A DNA stretch of 63,814 nucleotides, counting the filler, from Octopus bimaculoides (Eukaryota): assembly GCF_001194135.2 (NCBI RefSeq). It is 5 parts of 4 records of this genome, joined end to end, with 100 filler letters (N's around TTAATTAATTAA, not from the genome) between each part and the next. Parts side by side here need not be neighbours in the genome. Positions count along the whole stretch, not along the records: positions 1 to 13,243 come from NC_068985.1; positions 13,344 to 26,173 come from NC_068988.1; 3 more parts are not named here. One strand, 5' to 3'. The notes beneath the pieces were generated by a model. It was not told the DNA's origin. It saw only the letters and a program-made list of their open reading frames with translations, and ran no database searches. Positions 11,433 to 24,800 of this stretch are shown one piece after another. The position numbers and the translations under genes were made by a program. Numbering within the stretch: position 1 is the stretch's first letter; each line of letters begins with the position of its first letter.

Positions 11433-11612
11433 ATAGGTCTCAATTTGAGGTCATTAGGAGTAGGGATTTTGATTATTATGTCTGTGGCTATCCTGCATGC
11501 GTTACTTATTTTCTCACATTTGTGTATCTTGAGAATACCGTAGAATTGACTGGTTTTAGTTTTGAAATTGGTCATATAGTCATATTCTTTGTCGGTGAGC
11601 CCTTCTCTGTAT
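11433..11612 (-). mobile_element. Penelope-like RT N-terminal fragment (inverted part)
   Basis: SQFYGILKIHK...LKLRPII matches the PLE FYGLPKIHK...PLRPI motif. Confidence 0.8.
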
Positions 11613-12310
11613 AGGTTTAACATGGAGAACCTGATATACGCACTAACCTGCTCTGGTTGTCAAGAGCAATACATAGGCCAAACAAAAAACAGTCTACATC
11701 AAAGGATGGCTCTGCACAGATCCCAGATCAAAATTCCCCAAAAAAGAAAAATAGCATTTAGCCAACACATCGACATTTGCGCCAATAACAAAAATCCAAG
11801 CTTCAGAATTTTTCCCCTCTACCAATTCAGGGACGATACAACCTGTAGCCAACGAATTAGTTAGGAGACTCTCTTTATTTTGAACGCAGCTACAACAAAC
11901 GACATATCCACCACGGCCTAAGAATAACACAAACGCAAATATTAAAAATGATTCATTCAAGAGATACCCAAGAATTCATTAAAAGCAGTCCCAATCACTG
12001 CTATAATTCACAACGAGCCACTTTTAGGTCACTTGACCATTTAACATCCTACTACTATCATGCCATCCCGCATTCCCTTATTATTCTCTCTTCTCTTTCT
12101 TCTTATACATCTTCTTCTTCTTCTCTGCCACCTCCTTCCTTACTTTACTACTACTGCTGTTTAGAATAACACCTATGCAAATATTATAAGCAATACATTC
12201 AAAAGAGATATCTCGAGAATTCAATCACTACCACCATCCACAACAAATCACTTTCAGGGCACTTGACCATTTAACATCCTACTACTATCATAACACTCCC
12301 GCATTCTTCT
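11613..12310 (+). mobile_element. Penelope-like GIY-YIG endonuclease fragment plus 3' region with partial tandem duplication
   Basis: NLIYALTCSGCQEQYIGQT...QRMALHR...SQHIDIC. The segment CACTTGACCATTTAACATCCTACTACTATCAT occurs at about 12030 and about 12260. Confidence 0.85.
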
Positions 12311-12330
12311 TCTTCTGCTAGTAGCATAAT

Positions 12331-12613
12331 TTGTTTTGTTGGCACTCGCTTACGACGACGAGGGTTCCAGTTGATCCGATCAACGGAACAGCCTGCTCGT
12401 GAAATTAACGCGCAAGTGGCTGAGGACTCCACAGACACGTGTACCCTTAACGTAGAGTACAGCAGGGTTCTCCACCATCCCCTGCCGGAGCCTCGTGGAG
12501 CTTTAGGTGTTTTCGCTCAATAAACACTCACAACGCCCGGTCTGGGAATCGAAACCGTGATCCTATGACCGCGAGTCCGCTGCCCTAACCACTGGGCCAT
12601 TGCGCCTCCACAC
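12331..12613 (-). mobile_element. tRNA-derived SINE with 11-bp TSD
   Basis: Minus-strand head TGGCCCAGTGGTTAGGGCAGCGG...GGTTTCGATTCCC. TSD AGTAGCATAAT at 12320-12330 and 12614-12624. Confidence 0.9.
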
Positions 12614-12635
12614 AGTAGCATAATAATAGTAGAAT

Positions 12636-12725
12636 AATAATAGTAGAATTGAATAAGTAATCTAGTTTGAGGGTAGTACTGAACTACCCTCAAACTAGAT
12701 TGCTTATTTAAATTCTACTATTATT
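12636..12725. repeat. About 42-bp-stem hairpin with 5-nt loop
   Basis: AATAATAGTAGAATTGAATAAGTAATCTAGTTTGAGGGTAGT actga ACTACCCTCAAACTAGATTGCTTATTTAAATTCTACTATTATT. The inner 19 bp are perfect. Confidence 0.9.
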
Positions 12726-12767
12726 TCTCTTTTTATACTTTCTCTAATAAGAATATTATAATACACC

Positions 12768-12807
<40 letters not shown>

Positions 12808-13399
12808 TAAGAAGTTTAACAGACTACATCGGGGAAGTTTAACATGTGAGAACGATAAATCACTGCTCCGAAACTTATCCAAAAACATCGGAAGTAAAGA
12901 CATCGCATTGAGCCAAAAAATAGCTGACAAAAGGTTGGATTATATCCGAGTAAGTAATACTCATTGAAATTTATTTCTATCTTTCCAAATATAATGATGT
13001 ATTTTAACTTGATACCTCCACTACCCGCACAGCGATCGTAAACACACGTGTTACATCAAAATCAAACCATCTTCGAACCCCAAAACACCATGTACAAAAA
13101 AATTACAAACAGATTAAATAACACCGGTATTATTACACCCAAGAATAACAACCGAGAAGTGCGTACTGTAAGCTTGTTACGAAAAAAATATGAAGATCTG
13201 AACGTGCAAAACAATCTGACAACAGAAATAAACGAACCGGTACNNNNNNNNNNNNNNNNNNNNNNNNNNNNNNNNNNNNNNNNNNNNTTAATTAATTAAN
13301 NNNNNNNNNNNNNNNNNNNNNNNNNNNNNNNNNNNNNNNNNNNGGGGGGGGGAATCGCCAACGATTCACATGTATATATAGGGGATGCGGTGAATTAAA

Positions 13400-14110
13400 T
13401 ATCTAAATTACACAAAAATGAAAACAGCACTAACATCTCATTTTAACAGATATATTTACCAAGATTACATTTAAAATATCTTGAAATACGAAAGAGTAAA
13501 TATATTCAAGTAAATCGCCATTGCTTCACCGACGGCATCCAGGCGACTTTGGAATCTCCTCTAACTCTTCTGGACGGTCTCCTTATTTAAGTTGATGAAT
13601 GCTACCATAATCATTGCCTTCAGTTCATGTTCATCTTTAGTGTTACAAGAAGTTTTGTTGGTCTCCCGCTCAACTGCACCCCACACAAAATAATCAAGGA
13701 GGTTGCGGTATGGGGAGTTAGGTGGCCAGATGTTAGAAGTGATGTGGTCACAGAAATTGTCTCTGACAGTCATGACAGGGTCCTCCGGCTTGCATTCCAT
13801 GGTGCAGAGCCCTTTGACAGCGCTACCACCTCCAGGCATTTCATGTAGGCTTCCTTGTTGAGTCTGAAGCTGTGTGGGAAGATGAATGGAGGTATAACAC
13901 CACCATCACTAATGATCACTCAAAACACCATGATATTGACTGGATGTTTGATTTTTATCACTCTCGATACGTCTACTCAGATTGCACTGTCCTCGGCTTG
14001 ACACCCAAACACTCTGAAATGTCAAGCAGTACATGTCGTTTCCAAATTTCTGGCAGAGTATGTTACACAATGGTGCCCCACTGAACCTACTATACTGCAT
14101 AATCGACAAA
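13400..14110 (-). mobile_element. Tc1/mariner (maT/DD37D-like) transposase fossil, internally deleted
   Basis: Minus-strand KHPVNIMVF...DGGVIPPFIFP and IWPPNSPYRNLLDYFVWGAVE...ELKAMI. Confidence 0.8.
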
Positions 14111-14190
14111 ATCAAAAACGAACAGTGTACATGTGTGAAATTAGAAATATAAAATGGCTAAAATAGCGACAATTTACCCATCGCAACCAG

Positions 14191-14229
<39 letters not shown>

Positions 14230-14344
14230 ATATGTGTGTGTGTGTGTGTATTGTAAACATAAATATCTATATGTGCGTGTACATTACATATGTATGCATT
14301 ATATAAATCTTTGTTTGAAAAAGTGTCTATAGACATTGCTATGT

Positions 14345-14360
14345 CTGGATATATAGATAA

Positions 14361-14421
<61 letters not shown>

Positions 14422-14486
14422 CAGACAGATAGATAGATGCATGCATGCATGCATGCATACATGTTTGTATGTATGTNNNNNNNNNN

Positions 14487-14543
<57 letters not shown>

Positions 14544-14610
14544 CAGACAGATAGATAGATGCATGCATGCATGCATGCATACATGTTTGTATGTATGTAT
14601 GTATGTATGT
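14345..14610. repeat. (GATA)n/(GCAT)n/(GTAT)n compound microsatellite
   Basis: Directly visible. The same block appears on both sides of a 10-N gap. Confidence 0.95.
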
Positions 14611-17199
14611 ATGGAAATCTATGCTTGAAAGTATATGCATATACATATACGAAAGTATATACATGTATAATTCTGTGTTTGCACGAATACTTACACATGC
14701 ATACACACAAAAAAGTTACATACATGCATACATACCTAAATACAGGCATGCATGCATATGTAGATATGAACATAATAACAAACATACATCATAAAACAGC
14801 CACATTTCTATCAAACAGAAAAATACACCACAGTAGATATTAAAATATGAACCAATAGTCTATTGAAATTAAGTATTCTGTGTAATTTAGTAACACGTCA
14901 GATTTTGACAGCAATCAAATCCGCCATTCAGTGGAATCCTTTTAAGCTTTGCTAAATATGAAGAAGTTCCAATAATACACGCATAGAAATTTATTATGTA
15001 TATATATATATATGCGTATATTCTAGAACAAGGATGACAGGGATGTTCGGAGTGTTTGTACGCGTGTACGTTGGAGTAGTTGTTGCGTCCCTTGTCAGAA
15101 AATATATTAATATATGTACATTATTTCTTTACATTTCCATATATGTAAGTATATGCGTACAGAAACACACACACACACACACACATATATATTGTAAATG
15201 AATTTGTTTGACGTTGTGTATTTATTTCTATGACTATTAATATAAGCGCACACATAATCATCTTCGTGTGTNNNNNNNNNNNNNNNNNNNNNNNNNNNNN
15301 NNNNNNNNNNNNNNNNNNNNNNNNNNNNNNNNNNNNNNNNNNNNNNNNNNNNNNNNNNNNNNNNNNNNNNNNNNNNNNNNNNNNNNNNNNNNNNNNNNNN
15401 NNNNNNNNNNNNNNNNNNNNNNNNNNNNNNNNNNNNNNNNNNNNNNNNNNNNNNNNNNNNNNNNNNNNNNNNNNNNNNNNNNNNNNNNNNNNNNNNNNNN
15501 NNNNNNNNNNNNNNNNNNNNNNNNNNNNNNNNNNNNNNNNNNNNNNNNNNNNNNNNNNNNNNNNNNNNNNNNNNNNNNNNNNNNNNNNNNNNNNNNNNNN
15601 NNNNNNNNNNNNNNNNNNNNNNNNNNNNNNNNNNNNNNNNNNNNNNNNNNNNNNNNNNNNNNNNNNNNNNNNNNNNNNNNNNNNNNNNNNNNNNNNNNNN
15701 NNNNNNNNNNNNNNNNNNNNNNNNNNNNNNNNNNNNNNNNNNNNNNNNNNNNNNNNNNNNNNNNNNNNNNNNNNNNNNNNNNNNNNNNNNNNNNNNNNNN
15801 NNNNNNNNNNNNNNNNNNNNNNNNNNNNNNNNNNNNNNNNNNNNNNNNNNNNNNNNNNNNNNNNNNNNNNNNNNNNNNNNNNNNNNNNNNNNNNNNNNNN
15901 NNNNNNNNNNNNNNNNNNNNNNNNNNNNNNNNNNNNNNNNNNNNNNNNNNNNNNNNNNNNNNNNNNNNNNNNNNNNNNNNNNNNNNNNNNNNNNNNNNNN
16001 NNNNNNNNNNNNNNNNNNNNNNNNNNNNNNNNNNNNNNNNNNNNNNNNNNNNNNNNNNNNNNNNNNNNNNNNNNNNNNNNNNNNNNNNNNNNNNNNNNNN
16101 NNNNNNNNNNNNNNNNNNNNNNNNNNNNNNNNNNATATATATATATACATATATACATATATATCTATATTGTGTATGCGTGTATGGTTGTGTAACCAAA
16201 TATTCAAAGTTGGTTACCTCTCCTTGTCTATTGCCATACTGATGTGAATATGTTGATGTTGCTCAGAGCATCAACGTTGAACATTGCCGTATGTGCTCTC
16301 TACTTTTCGATTTTTGGTCGTAACCCTGAATGTGCCAGATACCATGTTATGATCAGAGCTACATAATGACGAGCCATTTACTCGTCATTATGTTCTAAAG
16401 TTTATGACACATCTCATCTATCTTCATCCTACCAAATTACAGTCGATTTTTATTTTATATCTACTTCATGGTTACAGCCATGTTTATTGTTTCCTTACGT
16501 GATATTGTTAAGCGGTTATCTTGATGAAGATGTTGTCATCTCGGTAGAGTTCGACAAGTCACAGTTTTGCATTCTTTGCTATTTCAAAATCTAAATTTTC
16601 TGCAAACATCCAACATCTTATCCTGAATTACTTTGCTCTACTGTAAATGAATTCATTGAAATTATTGATAAATCAGTACTGTCTGTTACCACTTTTATGT
16701 GACTATTCTATGCAGATCACATGTTACTGCATTTTAACCCCAAGAAAACATCTTTTCCCGCTGGTTAACGACACACGACGTGTGCCTGTTTTATTTCAAG
16801 TTAGGGGGCGAACCAGCCCCACTCTAGCATAGTAAAACAAGACACGGGTTGTGTGTTGTTAAACAGCGGGAAAAGATGTTTTCCTGACGTTAAAATGTAG
16901 ATACATTTGTTCTGCATAGAACAGCTATGTAAAGGTGGCAACGGATATCACTGTTTAATACTGTTACTGTGTGAATATCTTTCAGAGATTCTAAAACCAG
17001 CTGCTTTAGCTTATTGATAAATCGTTATTTTAAAATATATTTTAATGAAACATGAACATCGCAAATATAAAATAAACAACTAATTAACAAATACAAACTA
17101 AGTGCAAACCCGTATATACAACAAATCTATTTATAATTATATAAGCTCATAATACATTTCGTCTGTTCAGTTCATATATATACTTGAAGAATTCTGCTT

Positions 17200-17746
17200 G
17201 TCACTCAGTTACTTAGCCCGTCCATAACGCTTCCACGTGATTAGATGAGGAAAAGGGGAGGAATGGGAGGGGAAGAATGGGAGGCCCGAGGGATGGGAAA
17301 GGAAGATGAGTGAGATGGTATTGAGAGGGGAGGGAGAGCTGGTAGTGAGTGGAATGTATAATGTTTTTTTATAAGTAAGTTATTTTCTCCGTTACTCAGC
17401 TCCGTCTATAACGCTTCACATAATTAGTTGAAGGGAAAAGCGAAGAGAGAAAGAAAAAGGAGAGAGAAAAAGTGGCAAGGGAATGTGTTAGCGACAAAGA
17501 GGGAGAGTGCTGTGTATTTAAGTCTATAAAATTTTGCATATAAAGTATATGAAATGTATATATAAAGTACATTAAGTAATCATCGTATTCCAATTTCCTT
17601 CACTTTTCAATGATTAGCAGATGAGCGTCTATCTTTTGATATAGACACAACACAGAATACAATTTTGGATTTTTTGAATAAGGTTTTCAGAAATAACCCA
17701 AAAAGCTGACAGTTAATTCCGTGAAATATTCACGGGTCCCGCCAGT
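17200..17746 (+). mobile_element. Possible non-autonomous Helitron-like 3' portion
   Basis: Internal direct repeat GTTACT(T/C)AGC..CCGTC(C/T)ATAACGCTTC at about 17207 and 17391. Hairpin CCGTGAA-ata-TTCACGG at 17719-17735 followed by CCAG|T. Confidence 0.3.
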
Positions 17747-17749
17747 GAT

Positions 17750-17968
17750 ATAATATTGATTTAAATTTTGGCACAAGCCCAATAAGCTCTGAAGATATTA
17801 ATTTATATCGTCTCCAGTGATTAATTAGTACTTATTTTAACGACCACCGAAAGATGAAAGATTAACTCGACCTCGGTATAGTTTGAACCCAGGAACATGA
17901 AGACGGACTAAATGCTGCTGAGTATTTTTCCCAGCGTACTAGTGGTTCTGCCAACATGCCGCCTTTAT
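17750..17968 (-). mobile_element. tRNA-derived SINE (GGCGGCGAGCTGGCAGAA-type family), diverged
   Basis: Matches copies at 19560-19740, 54690-54952, 55330-55495 and 60960-61120. Confidence 0.75.
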
Positions 17969-18336
17969 AATACCATATAATATTGATATAGCATATACAG
18001 TGAGAGTTTAAAGTTAGATAGATACTTTCGCAAGTGTATACATATGTACCTGAAGTATCACAGAGATAGAATGACAGAGAGGTAAATAGGTAGGTAGGGA
18101 GACAGTCAGGCAGATAGACAGGCAGACGGACTGGCGTCATGAGAAAGGTATGAATTGATAAAGTTATGAAGAGTTAATATATTAGATAACTAGAATAATA
18201 AATACAGAGATGGACATATAAATCGGTACATGGGTCAGACGTACATTGTGATATTGTAAGTGGCACAAAGGCCATTCATTTTCCTCATCTAATCAATATA
18301 TATCTACAAGATGAAGGTATAAATACATATATACAT

Positions 18337-18371
<35 letters not shown>

Positions 18372-19559
18372 NNNNNNNNNNNNNNNNNNNNNNNNNNNNN
18401 NNNNNNNNNNNNNNNNNNNNNNNNNNNNNNNNNNNNNNNNNNNNNNNNNNNNNNNNNNNNNNNNNNNNNNNNNNNNNNNNNNNNNNNNNNNNNNNNNNNN
18501 NNNNNNNNNNNNNNNNNNNNNNNNNNNNNNNNNNNNNNNNNNNNNNNNNNNNNNNNNNNNNNNNNNNNNNNNNNNNNNNNNNNNNNNNNNNNNNNNTATA
18601 TACATACACGCACATGTATATATTGTATACTTATATAATCTCTCTCTCTACCTTTCTCAGGATATGTGTCTATGTGTGTGTATGTGTGTGTATAAAATCA
18701 TATGTAGTGTATGTGAAATAATAGCAGTGACACTCATACGTAGCTGTCATGGTGGTGATGGTGGGTGTGCGTAAAATATGCGTTGTTAAGTAATATTACT
18801 TCGTCATTAAGGTAATTTCAGGTAATATATCGTAATATTTCGTAATATATCTAACTAGCTGCAACAACAATAGACCTGGCCACAAAATGTGACCTCCATC
18901 AGAAAGATGAGTACGTTATATGAAAAGATCCCAGTGAAATTTAATTTCGGGCATTCTACCTACGTTTCCTTTCCCGTCGTAATGATGTTTGAACTTAAAG
19001 AGAGGTCAAAACTCTTAGCATGGAATCGCAGCACGGAAGGAATCTAATTAAGTAGAGATTTCTTATAACCTATCTATTTCCAAATATCGATTTATCCACA
19101 TATGACCAGTGTAAAGGTTCAGCTTTGCTGGAGCGTATATATGATTGTATATAAGTAGTTGAGTATGGGTTACGGCTGAGATAGTAAGATATTGCATGAT
19201 ACGCGTTCGAAACCAATATAACACATCTAAATTTATCTTTCTTTCATCGTTTACTTGTTTCATGCTGGGACACCGCCTTGAAGAGTTTAATTAAACGAAT
19301 AGATCCCAGAAAATAATTTTTGAGTTTGATATTTATACTATCGTGGGTTTTGCCGAACAGCTACATTACGAGAACAGTAAGAAAATAACACCATTTGTCA
19401 AGAAAGGGCGAGACGAACACAAAAACAAACACAAACACACTCACACACATACATACATACATACATATACATACATACATACGCACATACATGAGGGGCT
19501 TGTATACTGTTTCTCATTTCTTTACAACCCACAAGAGGCTAAACGTTGAGGGGACAAAC

Positions 19560-19880
19560 AAGATGTTTAAGTTGATTACATCGACCCCCGTGCGTAACTA
19601 GTACTTAATATATCGACCCCGAAAGGATGAAAGGCAAAGTCGACCTCGGCGGAATTTGAACTCAGAACGTAGCGGCAGTCGAAATACCGATAAGCATGTC
19701 GCCCGGCGTGCTAACGTTTCTGCCAGCTCGCCGCCTTCTATGCTTCTATAATGTTTCTGTCTATCAAATTCACTCACCATGCATTGGTCGGCCTTGGCTA
19801 TAGAAGACAATTGTCGTGCAATGGAACTGATCTCTAAACCACGTTATTCCAAGCGAGCTTCTCGCCGTAGAGCCATACTT
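19560..19880 (-). mobile_element. Two adjacent SINE pieces from different families
   Basis: 19560-19740 contains GTCGACCTCGGCGGAATTTGAACTCAGAACG...CTGCCAGCTCGCCGCC. 19755-19880 is the head of the CCTTGGGCAAG family. Confidence 0.8.
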
Positions 19881-21369
19881 GCGCGTATAGATAGATAATT
19901 GTTATTCCCTGTGGTCTGCTTGATAGGATATAAATTTGGGCCGTAAAATTGGATGTAGTCCAAACCGGCCCAAATTTTACAATAATGCATATGAGATTGG
20001 CATAATGTCATATTTCGTAGAAGGCTAAGGAAGATGACGTTTTGGGTGAAAATATTTTATCCAAAAGAGAAAACATGCTTTTTCTATTAAATATACATTA
20101 TTTAAAACAGTTTGATCGCAGGATCACGTAATCGGTTAAAATATCAGATTTTGTTATACATCGTTGGCTGGTTACAATGCACTGTAGATCGCTTTAGTTT
20201 TCGAATGATACCACGCCGCTGGCTAGGAGAGCAAGCCAATATTCCCGCGATTGATAGGCTAGCCAATCGCAGTTGAGTGGATCGGAGCAACGCAAAATGG
20301 AGTGTTTTGCTCAGGAATACATAGCACCGTAAGGTCCGAGAGTGGAACCCATTATCTGACGATCGTAATATGTATGTGCGTGTTTTGTATGTTGTGTGTG
20401 TATACGTACATGCATATGGAGATATCGCTGTATGTATGAGTGTATTTATGTATGTGTGTACGAGTAATTACTGTTTTCTTAGTTGTAAACCAACTTGAAT
20501 GAATTCTCACGTTTATTTGCGAGTGTGTATATGCACGCACTCTTTTTCTTTGTTCGAGTGTGTTTATGTGTTGATGCATAAACATGGACACTTTCAGAAG
20601 GGAATGTTTCTATATCCTCTCTGTGTGTTCATGTGTGTATATGTGTGTATATGTGTGTATGTGTGTGTATTTTCAAATTTAAGCTTAAGTCTTTTACCCA
20701 CACCCTCCATACGATTGTCCAATTTCCAAAAACCATCAACCGAAATGTCCTCAGATCACGTACCAACGTCTAATACGTTTGACAATGTTGTCAGGTGATA
20801 ACGCTGACTGTTTTAAGCTGATTTGAAGGTTAAACAAGAATACCGATCAATTTTAGTGATTAACTCCTAATTTCTTCGAAAAAAATTCCTCATTTTCTTT
20901 GAGAATCACTAATAACAGCTCCAAAAATTTATGTTTTTATTCTCCCAGAAATAAATTTCAGTCAAAATATTTTTTACTGACGACATTCAGTAGTGCATTG
21001 CCCCTTTAAACACACTTCAGTTAAGTGCGTTTCTCAGTTATTTCCCTTACTTATTTACTTAGCCCCTTCTGTTATCAAATAAACAGCAACATCAAACTCA
21101 AGTTTATACTTTGGCTTTAACAGTTTGCTTAATTCATGACGATTATGTAACAGAGGTAGTGTATTGTTTTTCAGTTTCTTGGCTATTTAGAAGAGAGTTA
21201 TAAACCATTTTACTTTAGAGGTTTACAATATTTATGTGCAAATACATGATGCAGGTCTAATGTTGTGCTTCCGTCATTTGAGATTTGAATGAAGTTTTTA
21301 CCCTTGTTCGTTCTCACTTTTATGCTTCCAATATATTTGAAGCTGGAGAGGGAGATATTTTCTTCTCGA

Positions 21370-21600
21370 GCCATGCCAGACTCATAAGGGCTCCCGGTTT
21401 GAATAGTGTATGTACCTCATCTGGACGGAACGCCGGTCCGTCGCAGAATTACTCATTTTTACCAGCTGAATGGACTGGAGCAACGTGAAATGAAATGTTT
21501 TGCTCATGAACACAATGCGTCGCCCGGTCCAGGAATCGAAACCACAATCTTTCGATCATGAGTCCAACACCCTAACCACTACGCTACGTGCCTCCACTTT
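21370..21600 (-). mobile_element. tRNA-derived SINE with Meta/V-like central domain
   Basis: Minus-strand head GTAGTGGTTAGGGTGTTGGACTCATGATCG...GGTTTCGATTCC, then GTTGTGTTCATGAGCAAAACATTTCATTTCACGTTGCTCCAGTCCA-like domain. Confidence 0.8.
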
Positions 21601-21799
21601 GAATTGAAGCTGGACACTCCGATATTTTACAGACACACACACTTAAACACATCTGCCCTCAAATATACACACATACACGTGAATCTCTGAGTAACAAGTT
21701 TTGTAATATTTTTGCTGCTTTTTAATAAAGCATATCACTCTACTTCTGGTATTCGAGTACTACTTATTCCACCTTGTTTCGCATTTATATGCTTACTCT

Positions 21800-21839
<40 letters not shown>

Positions 21840-24800
21840 TTGGTGCTGAAAAGTTTCTGACTTTGGATAAAAATCAGTTAATTGTGAATCTATTCAACGT
21901 GTTCCCCTCTCAGATTTAGTTTGGGTCTCCAGCCAGGCCTTTCGCGACACCCATAAAGCCAGCAACCTTTCAGCAAACCGTCGTATATGCACTCCACAGC
22001 TTTTATTATTCGGTCATCTATTTTATCATTTTTTTTCTTTTTTTCTTCTTTTTTTTTTTCGGCTTATTTACCATATTGATTTTCCTACTACATTATATCT
22101 TCTCTTACTGTATTATTCCTTTCCCTTATTATCCTGTGATTCCTTCTAGCCTAATTATAGAGCCAGACTTTATTCTCCGGAGAGTTGAGAAATTCTTCTC
22201 GCAGATTATGTCACCACCGTAAACCAATCTATGAATGTTTAATGCCTTAGTGAACGGTCGATTAAGCATGGGTCTTTGTATTATATAAGCCATCCACATT
22301 ACACAAGTTGATAGTGAAGATGCAGTGAGTATTACTCTATACCTTAATAATCTGTTCACTGATATCCATCAAATTCATTTTCTTCTCCTTGCTGTCTGAA
22401 CAGATCTTGTCTCCCGAGGTCTTTTAGAACTTTATAACAATTTTACTTTTATTTTATTTTATTTATTTTTTTCATCTTATTTTTATTTCTTGAGTTTATT
22501 TCGTTTCATTATAATTCTAATCTCTATCTCAATAGAATATTTCTAGAAACCGTGGATTGGGATTTAAAAACAAAATTATAAAACAGTAAACTAATGAATT
22601 TTTTTTTTTAAATCAAACAAAATATATATAAAACTAGTTCATAATAACATTTTTTTCTAGTGGAATCGACTTTTCGAGTCGTTTGTTCTTGTTTTAGTTC
22701 TAAATCTTAATTTTTTTGTTTATATTTTCTAATTTTAACTTTGACCACTCTCCACAGATTATTATTATTGTTATTCTTCTTATTAGTATTAATATTATCA
22801 TCATCATCCTCATCATCGTTATCATCATTGTTGTTGTTTTTTATGGTGGTGGTGCTGCTGCTGATGGTGCTGCTGCTGATGGTGCTGCTGGTGGTGCTGG
22901 TGCTGGTGCTGGTAATGCTACTGTTATCTAGTTTGGCCAATGTTTATTTTTTTTGGTTTAGTTTACAAATATTTTTCCATTCTTATTCATTTATTTTTGG
23001 TCTTTTTGTTTTGGTTTCGCTTTTGGGTTTCTTTTTTTTTTCTAATTTTGGTTTGGTATCACTTGGAAGATTTGAAACACAGTAGAAACAAAAAAAAAGT
23101 ACAACAACAAATATTTAACCGGGACAGTATTAGAGGGTTACCCTGCCGGGTATCGTTTTTCAGCAGCTGTGTAATTACTCTTAATCTGCTTATNNNNNNN
23201 NNNAATAAATAAAGAAATTACACAAGAAAAGGAAAGTACGATACGGAGAAAGGAGAAAGATAAGAAGGAAAAAGATATTGTGAATTCTTGTAGAAAGTTC
23301 GGTTTCAATGCCAATAGCTGTCTTGTGATAGTATTTCGATATTTTAAGCTCACCTTAGAGATTTTTCTTATATTTTTTCTTACTTTCTTTCACATTTTGC
23401 AATGTTCATATTTATTCATTTTAAAGTAGCTTTCATTCTTAAACTATCTTACCGTTGCTCGTCATCATATTTTTTCTTCGTATTTCTATTATGATTTATA
23501 AAGAGAAAATATCCATGAAAATGGAGTCTACTTAGAGGTTTCAAATGTTCATTCAATATTTGTTAATGACAGAAACAGCACAAAAGTAAACTAAACTGTT
23601 TAATAAACCAAGTCATGATAACTCGAACTGTTACAAATACGAGCTACATTTTTGCAAAATTACACTCAAACAACTTGAGAAAAAAGATACAATGTATAAT
23701 GTAGTCTTATAATTTGCACTGCCATCGCAACAGACAGCTTAAATTCAGTATTGTATATTTTAAACTTTCTCTTGGCTCTCTCTCTCTCTTAATCTTCTTT
23801 ACTCTTTAATATTCTCTTCTGTTTTTCCCTTTCGTGTATATACTTTCAGTGTACACTTCTTTGGTTTTTGCTTTATCTCTTTATATTTGTACGCTTCTTT
23901 ATACCCGCACTTTCTCTTGTCTGACTCCATACATCATATGTGTTTCGTATTCTCATTGTCACATTATCGTATTTCATTCGCATGATTAATTTATTCACGC
24001 ACACATAGACACATACATACACTCGTACATACACACTACATACATATATAAACACACACTTGCACATATATACATAAGCATAAATACGTACACACTGTTT
24101 TCCATGCCTTCATACACGATACACACATACATACATATAGACATACAGACATACATATATAAACGCATACGTACATACGACAAATGCGATGTGCATTATG
24201 AATACCAGACACTTAGACATGCAAGCATATTTCATTGCCTCAGAAAAAGGAGAAGGATATTCAATAAGAAGGAAATCAGAAATGAAAGAAACACTAAAAC
24301 CTTCAATGAAAATCAAGAAAACCCAAAATGTGATAAGGGATGGTTCTAGAAAAGAGGCATCACAGAAGTACCGAAATGAAACTACGTAATATTCATTTGC
24401 AATATATTTGGTTTATATAAACATATTTGCTCTTATTAGTAACTGCACAACCGCACTAGTAGTCAATATAAGTCAGGTAGCTAACCTATCACAGCCTTGC
24501 AACTTAGCTAAGTTGATCGATTTGGTGACGCATTTTTGTATTTTTTATTTTGTCTTTTATTTGTTCGTATGTTTGTTTAGTTTTGTTTAGTTTTTGTCAT
24601 AATGTATCGAAAGTAATTTTTATTGCTCGGATTTTTACTTCTTTTAAAAGATTAATTCTATAAGATCAAAGATGTTTTTAACGAAATATGACTGAGGGGT
24701 AAAAATGAAAATTCTGTAATCTTTCTGATCTCGATTTTGGAGGGTAAAAATATTAAAGACATGTTTCATTTGCTGCGGAATATCTCATTCTCCTTTGTTT

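Noticed and set aside
12540-12613. tRNA-like sequences here and at about 21520-21600, 35170-35230 and 35470-35530
   Set aside because: They are SINE heads joined to SINE bodies, with no complete cloverleaf.
13288-13299. TTAATTAATTAA between two 44-N runs (also at 26218-26229, 51533-51544 and 60167-60178)
   Set aside because: An identical 100-bp block at four sites with stop codons in all six frames indicates a synthetic scaffolding spacer. Adjacency across these joins is uncertain.
14345-14610. Apparent tandem duplication of the GATA/GCAT block
   Set aside because: The copies flank a 10-N gap and are likely unmerged contig overlap.
15107-16242. Long ORFs in the track (also at about 3.6-4.3, 30.7-31.3, 32.5-33.4, 41.4-42.2 and 49.8-50.9 kb)
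   Set aside because: Their length comes from N runs translated as X.
20705-20760. Minus-strand CUGAGGA...GAAAUUGGACAAUC hammerhead-like match
   Set aside because: C10.1-G11.1 is the wrong polarity, helix II is 2 bp and helix I is absent, so it is probably chance.
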